DNA of 64,000 nucleotides from Acidobacteriota bacterium (GTDB taxonomy: Bacteria; Acidobacteriota; Thermoanaerobaculia; Multivoradales; J023): positions 5,185-69,184 of the forward strand of contig JBCDIS010000006.1 in assembly GCA_038748685.1 (NCBI GenBank), given 5' to 3'. Positions 22,634 to 35,135 of this stretch are shown in pieces; position 1 is the first letter of the stretch, and each line of letters opens with the position of its first letter. The position numbers and the translations under genes are program-made. A model generated the notes under the pieces. It was not told where the DNA came from. It did no database searches and saw only the letters and a list, made by a program, of their open reading frames with translations.

Positions 22634-23653
22634 TCAGAGGGGCGTGTAGACCAGATCCCCCATGATCGATTCGGTCTCGCCGACGCGGTGGCGCTTGTCG
22701 TAGCGGTTGATCATCCGCCCTTCGACCTCGGAGGAGCCCGGGAGTTGGACCTCCGGACCGACGATGCACCGCTGGATCCGGCTTCCGGCGCCGATCCGGG
22801 CGCCTTCGAGGATCACCGAGTCGCGGATCGACGCGCCGTCCGCCACCTCGGCGCCGATCTCGATCACCGAACCCACCGCCGAAGCCCCGGGATCGATCCG
22901 GGCGAGGGGGGAAACTGCGGGGCGACGGCGGAACCATCCACCCCGGGCCTGGTCGAGGCACGCATCGAGGTATCGGGTCGGGGTCCCCAGGTCGTGCCAG
23001 CGTCGACGGGTCGGCAAGGTCTGGATCACCGCCCCTTCCTGGAGCAGGGGCTGGTAGAAATCGCCGATGATGTCGCCGGGTCCCTCCTCGACCCGATTCA
23101 GAATCCGCGGCGACAGCACGTGGACGCCGGCGAAGACGTGGCGGGATACCACCTCACCGGCGGCCTCCATATCGCGCATCTGCACCACCCGACCCCCACG
23201 GTCGACGCCGATTCCACCGCCGAGGCCGGCGTCGGGCCCCCGGGCCAGTACCAGTAGGGTGACGTCGGCGCCGGTGCGCACGTGGCGGCGGACCAGGGCA
23301 CGAAGGGGCCAGGGGCACAGACTGTCGCCGTTGATCAGCAGGGCCGCGTCGGCGCCGGCGAGGAAGTCTCTGGTGGGGTAGAGGGCCCCGAGGGTCCCTT
23401 GGATCTCCTCCTCCCACGAGTAGTCGATGGGCATGCCGTACCAGCTCTTCCCGAGGTGGGCCGGCAGCATGTGGGGGAGATGATGGAGGTTGAGCAGCGC
23501 CGCTTCGCAGCCGAAAGTGGACAGCGCCCGCAGGGTGTGACCGACGATCGGCTCACCCACCACCGGCAGCAGGGGCTTGGGGGCGTAGAGGGTGAGGGGC
23601 CTTAGCCTCGTGCCGTGGCCGGCGGCCAGAACCAGGGCCCGCACGCGGGGCAT
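22634..23653 (-). CDS. NDP-sugar synthase / nucleotidyltransferase with left-handed beta-helix C-terminus
   Basis: LAAGHGTRLRPLT..PKPL, NGD, WHDLGTP, hexapeptide repeats. Confidence 0.88.
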   Translation of the reverse strand: MPRVRALVLAAGHGTRLRPLTLYAPKPLLPVVGEPIVGHTLRALSTFGCEAALLNLHHLPHMLPAHLGKSWYGMPIDYSWEEEIQGTLGALYPTRDFLAGADAALLINGDSLCPWPLRALVRRHVRTGADVTLLVLARGPDAGLGGGIGVDRGGRVVQMRDMEAAGEVVSRHVFAGVHVLSPRILNRVEEGPGDIIGDFYQPLLQEGAVIQTLPTRRRWHDLGTPTRYLDACLDQARGGWFRRRPAVSPLARIDPGASAVGSVIEIGAEVADGASIRDSVILEGARIGAGSRIQRCIVGPEVQLPGSSEVEGRMINRYDKRHRVGETESIMGDLVYTPL

Positions 23654-23780
23654 TGGGGATCGGGGCCACAGTCGAAGCACAGAGGTCTCCGGAGATTCGA
23701 CGGATGCTCGGGGCCGAGGGTTTTGGGCCGGTTCGGAGCGGAGCTCTTATGGGTTTCCTGAAGCGCTGGGGTAAGTCAGC

Positions 23781-24341
23781 TCAGGACTTGGGCTCTGGGA
23801 AGACCATGTCGCGGGGCGCATCCGGATGGTCTTCGAGGTACGACTCGTAGAGCCGGAGATAGTTGCGCCGCTCGCTCTGCTCCGGATCGAGGCCGGTGCG
23901 CTTCGCCACGGTCTCGCAGCCCTCCCCCTCGAATTCCGCGAAGTCCCCTATGGGGGTGTGATCGAGGGCGATGACGATCGAGCCCAAGAGCCACTCCTCC
24001 CGGTACTTCTGGTATCGGCGGACCAACGAGTAGCCGAGGGCTTCGAGGATCGCACGGGTACTCTCGACATTGCCGATCGAGGTTTCGATCTCTTGGCGTA
24101 CTTTGATCCGCCCTTCGAAGCTCGCCGGTCCCTTGAAGGTAAGGCGGGAGCCCCGTTTGTCGATCCGCAGCCGCAGCAGACTGCCGCGCTCCGAGAGATC
24201 GCCGTCGAGATCGAAAATCCAGTTGTCTTCGAGGGCCGGGGGCCCCTGTTTCTCCGCTTCGAGATCAAGGAGCCGCTCCCGCAGATCACCGTGGTCGACC
24301 TGCGCGAACTTGAGCTCCCGCTCCATTCCATCTTGGGCCAT
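23781..24341 (-). CDS. CYTH-domain protein (class IV adenylate cyclase / triphosphate tunnel)
   Basis: ERELKF (ExExK), LRLR, LTFKG, KYRE, G.FAEFE. Confidence 0.88.
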   Translation of the reverse strand: MAQDGMERELKFAQVDHGDLRERLLDLEAEKQGPPALEDNWIFDLDGDLSERGSLLRLRIDKRGSRLTFKGPASFEGRIKVRQEIETSIGNVESTRAILEALGYSLVRRYQKYREEWLLGSIVIALDHTPIGDFAEFEGEGCETVAKRTGLDPEQSERRNYLRLYESYLEDHPDAPRDMVFPEPKS

Positions 24342-25735
24342 TATCCCTCCTGGGCGTCCCCTAGGCGGTCCAGGAAACGGACCACCGCACGGATGCCGCC
24401 ATAGTAGTTGGCGACATCGAACTTCTCGTTCGGGGAATGCAGGCGATCATCCGATAGGCCGAAGCCGAAGAGCATGATCGGCACCCCGAGCACATTGGAG
24501 AACGTGGCGACGATCGGGATCGATCCACCCTCACGGACCTTGACCGGGCGCCGCCAGACGTCTTCCATGGCCGACATCGCCGCTTCGACCACCGGTCCAT
24601 CGGTGTCCACCAAGACCGCGGGGGCGCAGTGGTGGGCGTGGACCTCGACCTCGACCCCCAAGGGCGCTATGGACCTCACATATTCGGTGAAAAGACGTTC
24701 GATCGTCTCGGGGTCCTGGTCCGGCACCAACCGCATCGAGACCTTGGCACCGGCCCAGCCGGGGACGATGGTCTTCGCCCCCTCACCGGCGTACCCTCCG
24801 AAGATGCCGTTGACGTCGCAGGTGGGACGGGTCCATCGGCGCTCCAGGGTGGTGTAGCCGTCCTCACCGAACATCTCTGGGACGCCGAGCCCCTCTCGGT
24901 CCGCGTTCTCGTCGAAGGGTAGGGCAGCAAATTCTTCCCGTTCCCAAGCTTCCAAGGGTCTCACGTCATCGTAGAAGCCTGGGATCAGAATGCGCCCGGT
25001 CTCGGGATCCTGCAGGCGCGAAACGATGTGGGCGAGGGCGTTGGCCGGGTTGTGGACCGAGCCGCCGAAGCTGCCGGAATGGAGATCCCGATTGGGACCC
25101 TGCACCTTGATTTCCATGTAGGCCATGCCCTTGAGGCCGTAGATCAGGGACGGCTGCCCGGGGGAGTACATGGCGCTGTCGGAAACGAAGACGCCGTCGC
25201 AGGACAAAAGCTTGCCGGCGTCCTCGGTGACGAAGGTCTCGATGGCTTCGCCGCCGGATTCTTCTTCGCCTTCGATGATGAACTTGACGTTCACCGGCAG
25301 GTTGCCCCGCTCGGCGAGGATCGCCGCCACCGCCTTGAGGTGGGCGTAGGACTGCCCCTTGTCGTCGGTGGCGCCGCGGGCGACGAGGATCTCGCCGTCC
25401 TGTTCGAGGGTCGGTTCGAAGGGGGGATTGCGCCACAGCTCGATGGGATCGGCGGGCTGGACGTCGTAGTGGCCGTAGAACAGGATGGTGGGCTTGCCTG
25501 GGGCGCCGAGCCATTCGCCGTAGACCAAGGGTTTGCCCTCGGTCTCGATCAGCCGCGCATCGAGTCCCGCCTGGCGCATTTTTTCGAGAACGAACTCCGC
25601 GCACCGGCGCACGTCCGCGTCGTGGGCGGGGTCGGTGGAAATCGAAGGGATCCGCAGGTAGTCCTGGAGCTCTGCGAGGTAATCGGGCTGCTCACGGTCT
25701 ATGCGTGCAAAGACGTCTCGGCTGTCATTCGACAT
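24341..25735 (-). CDS. M20-family dipeptidase
   Basis: YGHYDVQP, RGATDDKG, EGEEE, DLHSG, HSPNE. Confidence 0.93.
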   Translation of the reverse strand: MSNDSRDVFARIDREQPDYLAELQDYLRIPSISTDPAHDADVRRCAEFVLEKMRQAGLDARLIETEGKPLVYGEWLGAPGKPTILFYGHYDVQPADPIELWRNPPFEPTLEQDGEILVARGATDDKGQSYAHLKAVAAILAERGNLPVNVKFIIEGEEESGGEAIETFVTEDAGKLLSCDGVFVSDSAMYSPGQPSLIYGLKGMAYMEIKVQGPNRDLHSGSFGGSVHNPANALAHIVSRLQDPETGRILIPGFYDDVRPLEAWEREEFAALPFDENADREGLGVPEMFGEDGYTTLERRWTRPTCDVNGIFGGYAGEGAKTIVPGWAGAKVSMRLVPDQDPETIERLFTEYVRSIAPLGVEVEVHAHHCAPAVLVDTDGPVVEAAMSAMEDVWRRPVKVREGGSIPIVATFSNVLGVPIMLFGFGLSDDRLHSPNEKFDVANYYGGIRAVVRFLDRLGDAQEG

Positions 25736-25850
25736 CTGAGGTTCTCCTCGGTGGTCCCGTCGCCTGGTTCGAGAGGGGGGCTTGGTTTCTGGAGAGACCG
25801 GGACTCTAACAGAAGCCCGGGTGGAATCGGTCGGCCCGGGGACGGGTACG

Positions 25851-26489
25851 CTATGGGGCCTGCGGGGAGGTCGGAGCGGTCTCCGGAGACCGCGACAGGT
25901 AGCGGAGATTGACCCCGTTGACCAAGACGTGGGCGACGATCGCCGGCAGGAGGTTCCCCCGGTGGATCACCAAGAGGCCGAAGAGGAGCCCCGCCACCGC
26001 TGCGAAGAGGGTCCAGTAGCGGAAGCTCGGTGTGGGTCCGCTGTGGAGCAGGGCAAAGATCAGCACCGTCAGCGGAAGGCCGAAGCTGGTCTGCATCGCG
26101 CCCCGGAAAAAGAGCTCTTCGGAAAAGCCGGAGATCAGTGCCAGGACCCAGACCTCGGCGGGCTCCAGACGCCCCAGGATCAAGCCGAGGATCCGCTCGA
26201 GGTCCCGCATTCCGGCAAGACGACTGCGGCCGGCGGACCACAGGCCGAGCATCAAACCGCCGGCACCGAGACCCCAGATCACATCGATCCACCAGGACTC
26301 GAGATCGACGAAGAGGGAGAGGGGCAATCCCTCGGCGGCGTACCCTAGCCAAAAAACCCCGAGGACCGCCAGAGCGAGGTAGGCGATCCACGAAATCCTG
26401 AAGAATTCCCCGGGACCGGGGGGCCCTGGGGACCTTCCATCCTCGGCGGGGCTCTTCCTCTGGAACGGTCCGGGGCCTTGGGGATCCAC
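25851..26489 (-). CDS. CPBP (CAAX protease/Abi) intramembrane metalloprotease
   Basis: EELFFRG, FALLH, AHVLVN; GTG start right after the fsa stop. Confidence 0.85.
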   Translation of the reverse strand: MDPQGPGPFQRKSPAEDGRSPGPPGPGEFFRISWIAYLALAVLGVFWLGYAAEGLPLSLFVDLESWWIDVIWGLGAGGLMLGLWSAGRSRLAGMRDLERILGLILGRLEPAEVWVLALISGFSEELFFRGAMQTSFGLPLTVLIFALLHSGPTPSFRYWTLFAAVAGLLFGLLVIHRGNLLPAIVAHVLVNGVNLRYLSRSPETAPTSPQAP

Positions 26490-26491
26490 CC

Positions 26492-27148
26492 TCAGTCGTC
26501 GAAGCTCTTGCCGGTGGCCTTCCAGTCCGCCAAGAAGTTGTCGAGACCGATATCGGTCAGCGGATGACGGTAGAGCTTCTCGAGAACCTTGAACGGGATC
26601 GTCACCACCTCGGCGCCGAGCTTCGCCGCCTGCTGAACGTGCATCCCGTGGCGGACCGACGCGACGAGGACCTGGGTGTCGATGTCGTAGTTGTCGTAGA
26701 TCTCGACGATGTCTTCGATCAGCTTCATCCCATCCTGACCGACGTCGTCCAGCCGACCGACGAAGGGGGAGATGTAGGTCGCCCCCGCCTTGCCGGCGAG
26801 CAGGGCCTGGTTGGCGGAGAAGCACAGGGTGACATTGGACTTGATGTCGTCCTCCGCCAGGGTGGCGACGACCCGCAGGCCGTCCGGCACGAGGGGAATC
26901 TTGACCACCACGTTGTCCGCCAGGTCCGCCAAGCGACGGCCCTGTTCGAGCATGCCCTCGTAGTCGGTAGCCAGCACCTCGCCGGACACCGGACCGGGGA
27001 CCAACTCGGCGATTTCCTGGACCGTCGGCAGGTAGGGCTTGTTCATCCGGGCGATCAGGCTCGGGTTGGTGGTGACGCCGTCCACCATTCCCCAGGCCAG
27101 GCCCTTTTCGATCTCTCGGATGTCGGCGGTATCCAGGAAGAAGAGCAT
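26492..27148 (-). CDS. fsa: Transaldolase / fructose-6-phosphate aldolase family
   Basis: FFLDTA, GVTTNPS, VVKIP (Schiff-base Lys), [14 protein letters not shown]. Confidence 0.93.
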   Translation of the reverse strand: MLFFLDTADIREIEKGLAWGMVDGVTTNPSLIARMNKPYLPTVQEIAELVPGPVSGEVLATDYEGMLEQGRRLADLADNVVVKIPLVPDGLRVVATLAEDDIKSNVTLCFSANQALLAGKAGATYISPFVGRLDDVGQDGMKLIEDIVEIYDNYDIDTQVLVASVRHGMHVQQAAKLGAEVVTIPFKVLEKLYRHPLTDIGLDNFLADWKATGKSFDD

Positions 27149-27161
27149 CGGAATCGGCTCC

Positions 27162-29789
27162 TTAGTTGACCGGCTCGTCGTCCGCCGGGGCGGATTCGGG
27201 ATCCGTCGTGTTGGGTTCGCTATACCCTTCGGAGGATACTCCATCCTCGGCGGTCCCGGCACCCTCCGTCGTCCCGGCACCCTCCGTCGCGTCGTCGTCT
27301 CCATCCTCGTCGTCCCGCTCGACGATCTTCGCCAGCGCCACCAGGCGGTCTGAAGCGGAGAGGTCCATGACCTTCACGCCTTGGGTGGCCCGGCCGATAC
27401 GGCTCACCCCTTCGACGTTGATGCGGATCAGCTTGCCACCCTGGGTGATCAGGATGGCGCCGTCCTCGGGACGGACCTGCTTGACGCCGACCACCGGTCC
27501 GGTCTTGTCGCTGACCTTGAGGTTGATGATGCCCTTGCCGCCGCGGCTCTGGCGCCGGTATTCCCCCGGGTCGGTCCGCTTGCCGTAGCCGTTTTCGGTG
27601 ACGGTGAGGATGTCGCCTTCCCGGTCGAGCGCCGCCATGCCCACCACCGAATCACCGGACCGCAGGTCGATACCGCGGACGCCGCGGGTGACCCGGCCCA
27701 TGGTCCGGGGCCCTTCGAGTCGTCCCCCCTGATCGGGATCCGCCGGCTCTTCGGTCGCCTCGGGGAAGCGGATGGCATAACCCGATTGGGTGGCCAGGAA
27801 GATGTCGCGGGTGCCGTCGGTGACCCGCACGTCCAGGAGCTTGTCGTCTTCGTCGATGTTGATGGCGATGATGCCCCCCACCCGGGGTCTCGAGAAGGCC
27901 TCGAGCTCGGTCTTCTTGACGGTACCGTTCCGCGTCGCGAAGACGACGAAGCCCTCCGACATTTCGCGCACCGCCGCGGTGGTGGCGATCCGCTCGGACT
28001 TGTCGAGCTCCAGGAGGTTCACGATCGCCTTGCCGCGGGACGCTGGCCCGAGCTCCGGCAGGCGGTGGACCTTGATCCAGTGGACCCGGCCGCTCTCGGT
28101 GAACACCAGCACGTAGCTGTGGGCGGACGCGATGTAGACGTGCTCGACGAAGTCGTCGTCCTTCGTGTCCATGCCCTTGCGGCCCTTGCCGCCGCGCCCC
28201 TGCTCACGGTAGAGCGTCAGGGGTGAGCGCTTGATGTAGCCCGACTTGGTGACCGTGATCACCATGTCTTCGTCGGCGATCATGTCCTCGATGGTGATGT
28301 CGTGGGTCTCGTGGATGATCTCGGTGCGGCGGGCGTCGCCGTAGGTTTCCTTGATCTCCAGAAGCTCGTCCTTGATCACCCCGAGGAGCAGGTCGTCGGA
28401 TCCCAGGATCGCCCGCAGCCGCTCGATCAGCTCCATCAGCTCGCGGTATTCCTCCACGAGCTTGTCCCGCTCGAGGCCGGTGAGGCGCTGCAGTCGCATC
28501 GCCAGGATGGCCTGGGCCTGGATCTCGGAAAAGGCGAAGCTCTCCACCAGGCTACTGCGGGCATCGTCCGGGGTTGCGGAGGCGCGGATGGTGGCGATGA
28601 TCTCGTCGATGATGTCGAGGGCCTTGAGCAGGCCTTCGAGGATGTGGGCCCGGGCTTCCGCCTTGCGCAGATCGAAACGCACCCGACGGATGACCACCGT
28701 GCGGCGGTGATCCAGGAAGTAGCGGAGGATCTGCGGCAGGTTGAGAACCTGGGGCTGGTTGTCGACGATGGCCAGCATGTTGATGCCGAAGGAGGTCTGC
28801 AGCTGGGTGAGCTTGTAGAGGGTGTTGAGGATGACCTCCCCCACCTCGCCGCGCTTCAGCTCGATCACCATGCGGATGCCGTTGCGGTCCGATTCGTCCC
28901 GCAGGTCGCTGATGCCCTCGATCCGCTTCTCCCGCACCAGCTCGCCGATCCGTTCGAGGAGGCGGGCTTTGTTGACCTGGTAGGGGAGCTCGTGGACGAT
29001 GATCGCCTCGCGATCCCTACCGAGATCCACCACGTCGGCGCGGGCCCGGACCTGGATCGTGCCGCGGCCGGTGGTGTACGCCTCCTGGATCCCCCGCACG
29101 CCGTGGATGAATCCGGCGGTGGGGAAATCGGGCCCGGGGACGAGCTCGGCGATCTCCCGCAGGGTCGCCGCCGGGTTGTCGATCAGCAGAATGCAGGCAT
29201 CGACGATCTCCGAGAGGTTGTGGGGCGGGATGTTGGTCGCCATGCCGACGGCGATGCCGGCGGAGCCGTTGATCAGCAGATTCGGCAGACGGGCCGGCAG
29301 GACCTGGGGCTCGATCTCGCTGGCGTCGTAGTTGGGCAGCCAGTCGACGGTCTCTTTGTCGATGTCCTCCCGCAGGAGCTCTTCCGCCAGCCGGGTCAGC
29401 CGGACCTCGGTGTAGCGCATGGCCGCGGCGTTGTCGCCGTCGACCGAGCCGAAGTTGCCCTGGCCGTCCACCAGCGGGTACCGCATGGAGAAATCCTGCG
29501 CCAGCCGAACGACGGTGTCGTAGATCGCGTTGTCGCCGTGGGGGTGGTACTTACCCATGACGTCACCGACGATGCGCGCCGATTTCTTATAGGCCCGGCC
29601 GGCACGGTTGCCGCTTTCCCACATGCCGTAGAGCACGCGGCGGTGGACCGGTTTGAGGCCGTCCCGAACGTCGGGAAGGGCGCGGCCGATGATCACGCTC
29701 ATGGCGTAATCGAGATAGCTTTTCTTCAGCTCGTCTTCGATGTCCACCGGCTGTGTGCGGTCCGGCGGCAGCTGCGTCTCGTCGCTCAT
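27162..29789 (-). CDS. gyrA: DNA gyrase subunit A
   Basis: [24 protein letters not shown], GyrA-box QGRGGKG, acidic tail. Confidence 0.98.
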   Translation of the reverse strand: MSDETQLPPDRTQPVDIEDELKKSYLDYAMSVIIGRALPDVRDGLKPVHRRVLYGMWESGNRAGRAYKKSARIVGDVMGKYHPHGDNAIYDTVVRLAQDFSMRYPLVDGQGNFGSVDGDNAAAMRYTEVRLTRLAEELLREDIDKETVDWLPNYDASEIEPQVLPARLPNLLINGSAGIAVGMATNIPPHNLSEIVDACILLIDNPAATLREIAELVPGPDFPTAGFIHGVRGIQEAYTTGRGTIQVRARADVVDLGRDREAIIVHELPYQVNKARLLERIGELVREKRIEGISDLRDESDRNGIRMVIELKRGEVGEVILNTLYKLTQLQTSFGINMLAIVDNQPQVLNLPQILRYFLDHRRTVVIRRVRFDLRKAEARAHILEGLLKALDIIDEIIATIRASATPDDARSSLVESFAFSEIQAQAILAMRLQRLTGLERDKLVEEYRELMELIERLRAILGSDDLLLGVIKDELLEIKETYGDARRTEIIHETHDITIEDMIADEDMVITVTKSGYIKRSPLTLYREQGRGGKGRKGMDTKDDDFVEHVYIASAHSYVLVFTESGRVHWIKVHRLPELGPASRGKAIVNLLELDKSERIATTAAVREMSEGFVVFATRNGTVKKTELEAFSRPRVGGIIAINIDEDDKLLDVRVTDGTRDIFLATQSGYAIRFPEATEEPADPDQGGRLEGPRTMGRVTRGVRGIDLRSGDSVVGMAALDREGDILTVTENGYGKRTDPGEYRRQSRGGKGIINLKVSDKTGPVVGVKQVRPEDGAILITQGGKLIRINVEGVSRIGRATQGVKVMDLSASDRLVALAKIVERDDEDGDDDATEGAGTTEGAGTAEDGVSSEGYSEPNTTDPESAPADDEPVN
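27253..27288. repeat. 18-bp perfect tandem repeat in the GyrA acidic tail
   Basis: GTCCCGGCACCCTCCGTC x2 (TEGAGT repeats). Confidence 0.9.
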
Positions 29790-29846
29790 CTGGACTCTCT
29801 ATCGGTTTCGACGTCGCCCGCCCCGGGCAGGAGGCCCGGGTACGGA

Positions 29847-32546
<2,700 letters not shown>

Positions 32547-32624
32547 CTATCACACCCCGCGAGTGCTTCGTATTGCCGCTAAGGTATTGAAAAATAAGAG
32601 TTTGCTACCTATCCGGAGAGCCCT

Positions 32625-33695
32625 TCAGGCAGTGGCTTCCACGGTGACGACACCGTCGTTGCAGCGGAGCCGGCGATCGATGCCCAAATCCCCCCAAACC
32701 GAAGGCCGATTGGAGGTCGCGAGGAGTTGCCCCGCGGCGCCGAAGACCTTCCAGAGACGGCGGAGCCGCTCGGCGTCGAGCTCGGTATCGGCGTCGTCCA
32801 GCAGATAGATGGGCACCACCCCGTCCCCTTCGAGAACCCGGCCGTGGGCCGCCAGAAGGGCGAGGCCGAGGGCCTTGCGTTCTCCCGCCGAGGCCACCCG
32901 CCGGATCGAATGGCCATCCCACGTCACCTCCATGTCGTCGCGGTGGCAACCCATCAGAACCTGCCGCGCCGCAACCTCGCGCTCCACCGCTTCGTCCAAG
33001 GACTGGAGGATGGCGTCCGCCCCTTCCAACGCCCGGCGGGGGGAGGGCTTGTAGTTGACCTCGATCTCGGCGAGCCCGAGGTCGCTCTGGGTCAACACAT
33101 CCGCCAGGGTCGTCCGCAGGCGATCGACGTAGGCCCGCCGCAGCGTCGCGAGGGACGCTGCGGCCTGCGCCTGCATCTGGTTCCAAACCATCAGCTCGTC
33201 GCGGGTGGATCCGTTCTGCAGCAGCCGTCGCTTCTCCTCCAGCACCTGGCGATATCGGCTGATGACGGCGAGGGCGGAGGGCCTCTGGCCGATGACCCCG
33301 CGATCCAAGAAGCGGCGCCGCTCGGCGGGGGGGCCGGTCAACATCTGGCCGTCGGAGGCGGTCCATGCGATGACCGGCAGGGCCGAGAGGTGGTCCGCCA
33401 GGGAGGTCCGGTCGCCGTTGACCGAGCGGGTCCTATCCCCCTTCATCCACGACACTTCCAGGAAGGCGCGGCTCGCGAGCTCCCCCTTCAGGAAGAACCC
33501 GTCGCCGCCGTGATGGGTGCAGTCCACCACCCGCGGGGTCCTGAAGCTGCGGGTGGTGGCCAGGAGATAGACGGCTTCGAGCAGGCTGGTCTTGCCGGCG
33601 CCGTTGTCGCCTAGGATCAGGTGACTGCCCCCGTCCAGGTCGAGGGCCAGGGGCTGGAGGTTACGGAAGCCCCGAGCTTCGATTCGGGCGAGCAA
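32625..33695 (-). CDS. recF: DNA replication/repair protein RecF
   Basis: FRNL, Walker A GDNGAGKT, RRRFLD, HRDD, SAGE signature, LLDD; between dnaN and gyrB. Confidence 0.92.
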   Translation of the reverse strand: MLARIEARGFRNLQPLALDLDGGSHLILGDNGAGKTSLLEAVYLLATTRSFRTPRVVDCTHHGGDGFFLKGELASRAFLEVSWMKGDRTRSVNGDRTSLADHLSALPVIAWTASDGQMLTGPPAERRRFLDRGVIGQRPSALAVISRYRQVLEEKRRLLQNGSTRDELMVWNQMQAQAAASLATLRRAYVDRLRTTLADVLTQSDLGLAEIEVNYKPSPRRALEGADAILQSLDEAVEREVAARQVLMGCHRDDMEVTWDGHSIRRVASAGERKALGLALLAAHGRVLEGDGVVPIYLLDDADTELDAERLRRLWKVFGAAGQLLATSNRPSVWGDLGIDRRLRCNDGVVTVEATA

Positions 33696-33698
33696 CGA

Positions 33699-34790
33699 TC
33701 ACAGGCGGATCGGCATGATCACGCAGACGTAGCGCTTGTCGGGGCCGTCCACCGGCTGCGCCACGCACTGTGAGTTCTCGTCCTTGAGCTCCAGCCGTAC
33801 CGTCTCGGTGTCCGTCGCCCCGAGGAACTGGAGGAGGTAGTCCGGGTTGAGGCCGACGCCGATGGGCTCGCCGGTGAACTCGCTGGCCACCTCCTCCCGC
33901 GCTTCGCCGAGGTCCGGGTTGGCGGCGGAGAACACCAGCGCCTCTTCGGTCAGCTCCAGGCGGATGGCCCTGGAGCGGTCACCGGTGAGGAGACTCACGC
34001 GCTGGACCACCCCCGCCAGGACCTTGCGGTCGACGGCGACGATCTTGTCGTTGTCCTTGGAGATGACCCGCTCGTAGTCGGGGAAGGTTCCCTCGAGGAT
34101 CCGGCAGACCAGTTGGCGCCGTCCGATGGAGAAGAGCAGGTGATGCTCACCGCGGCGGAAGGCCATGTCGTCGCCGTCGAACCGCTGAAGCTCCTGCAGA
34201 GCCTTGCGGGGCACCAGCACCCCGTCCACCGACTCGATGCCGTCGAGCTCGCTCTCCACGAGGGCCAGGCGATGGCCGTCGGTGGCCACCAGGGTCAGGA
34301 CCCCGTCTTCGCTCTTCATCAGCGCGCCGGAGAGCTGGAAACGGGACTCTTCGCTGGAGATGGCGAAGAACACTTTGCCGATCATCGCCCGGAACGTCTG
34401 GAAGGGAACAGTGACGGCGTCGGCGTCGACGCTGGGGAGGGTCGGGAAGTCCTCCGCCGGCAACCCCCTGATCTTGAACAGCGACTGGCCGACGAGGATC
34501 GTCAACACGCCGTCTTGGTCGATGCGGAGGGTAACCTCGTCACCGACGGCGGCGCGCATGATTTCCAGAAGCTTCTTCGCCTGGATGGCGATCGAGCCCT
34601 CTTCCTTGACCTCACCGTCACACGAAGACGTGAGGGAAACTTCCAAATCGGTGGCCGCGATCTCCAGACGATCGCCTTCGGCCTTTAACAGCAGGTGGGA
34701 GAGTACCGGAATCGTGGTGCGGCGCTCGACGATGCCCTGCATGGGAACGAGCTCGGCGAGGAGCTCGGTGCGGTTCAGTCGGATCTCCAT
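33699..34790 (-). CDS. dnaN: DNA polymerase III beta clamp
   Basis: IPVLS, ATDLE, VATDGHRL, GTFPDYERVI, C-terminal IMPIRL. Confidence 0.97.
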   Translation of the reverse strand: MEIRLNRTELLAELVPMQGIVERRTTIPVLSHLLLKAEGDRLEIAATDLEVSLTSSCDGEVKEEGSIAIQAKKLLEIMRAAVGDEVTLRIDQDGVLTILVGQSLFKIRGLPAEDFPTLPSVDADAVTVPFQTFRAMIGKVFFAISSEESRFQLSGALMKSEDGVLTLVATDGHRLALVESELDGIESVDGVLVPRKALQELQRFDGDDMAFRRGEHHLLFSIGRRQLVCRILEGTFPDYERVISKDNDKIVAVDRKVLAGVVQRVSLLTGDRSRAIRLELTEEALVFSAANPDLGEAREEVASEFTGEPIGVGLNPDYLLQFLGATDTETVRLELKDENSQCVAQPVDGPDKRYVCVIMPIRL

Positions 34791-35130
34791 GGATGCGTGC
34801 TCCTTTTATGACTGGAAAATACCACATGCAGAGAGAGAAAGTCGTACACAGTAGGTGGCTATGAATTCTGTGGAAAACGGCGGTTGAGGCTGAGTATCCA
34901 GCCGATTCGCCTTAGGAATTCTTCCGGAGCGGGCTGTGGAAACGGGGTGGGTGGTTTGTGGACAAATCTGCGTTTTCGGCAAGGCCCCCGGTTGTCCACA
35001 GATTGTCCACAGCGCCTCCACAGAGAGGTCCATAGCTTGTCCACCGCCGAACCGGAGCGAAATCCGGCTCAGGAGCAGGCCGGAGCGGAGCTCCGCTTCG
35101 GCTTAGGAAGGCCGGAGCTTCCGCTCCGGC
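34791..35130. other. Chromosomal replication origin oriC (dnaA-dnaN intergenic)
   Basis: DnaA-box-like 9-mers: TGTGGAAAA 34869, TGTGGAAAC 34935, TGTGGACAA 34957, TTGTCCACA 34992 and 35003, TTGTCCACC 35037; lower-GC segment next to dnaN. Confidence 0.85.
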
Positions 35131-35135
35131 TTAGG
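35052..35135. repeat. Three tandem GC-rich palindromic units after the dnaA stop
   Basis: Units CCGGAGC...CGGCT(C/T)AGG at 35052, 35078 and 35110, each able to form a hairpin. Confidence 0.75.

Noticed and set aside
25851-26489. Abortive-infection defence gene
   Set aside because: The Abi label for CPBP proteases is historical; the motifs indicate an ordinary intramembrane protease in a housekeeping context
35052-35135. Mini CRISPR array
   Set aside because: Units vary in length, lack unique spacers, and no cas genes are present
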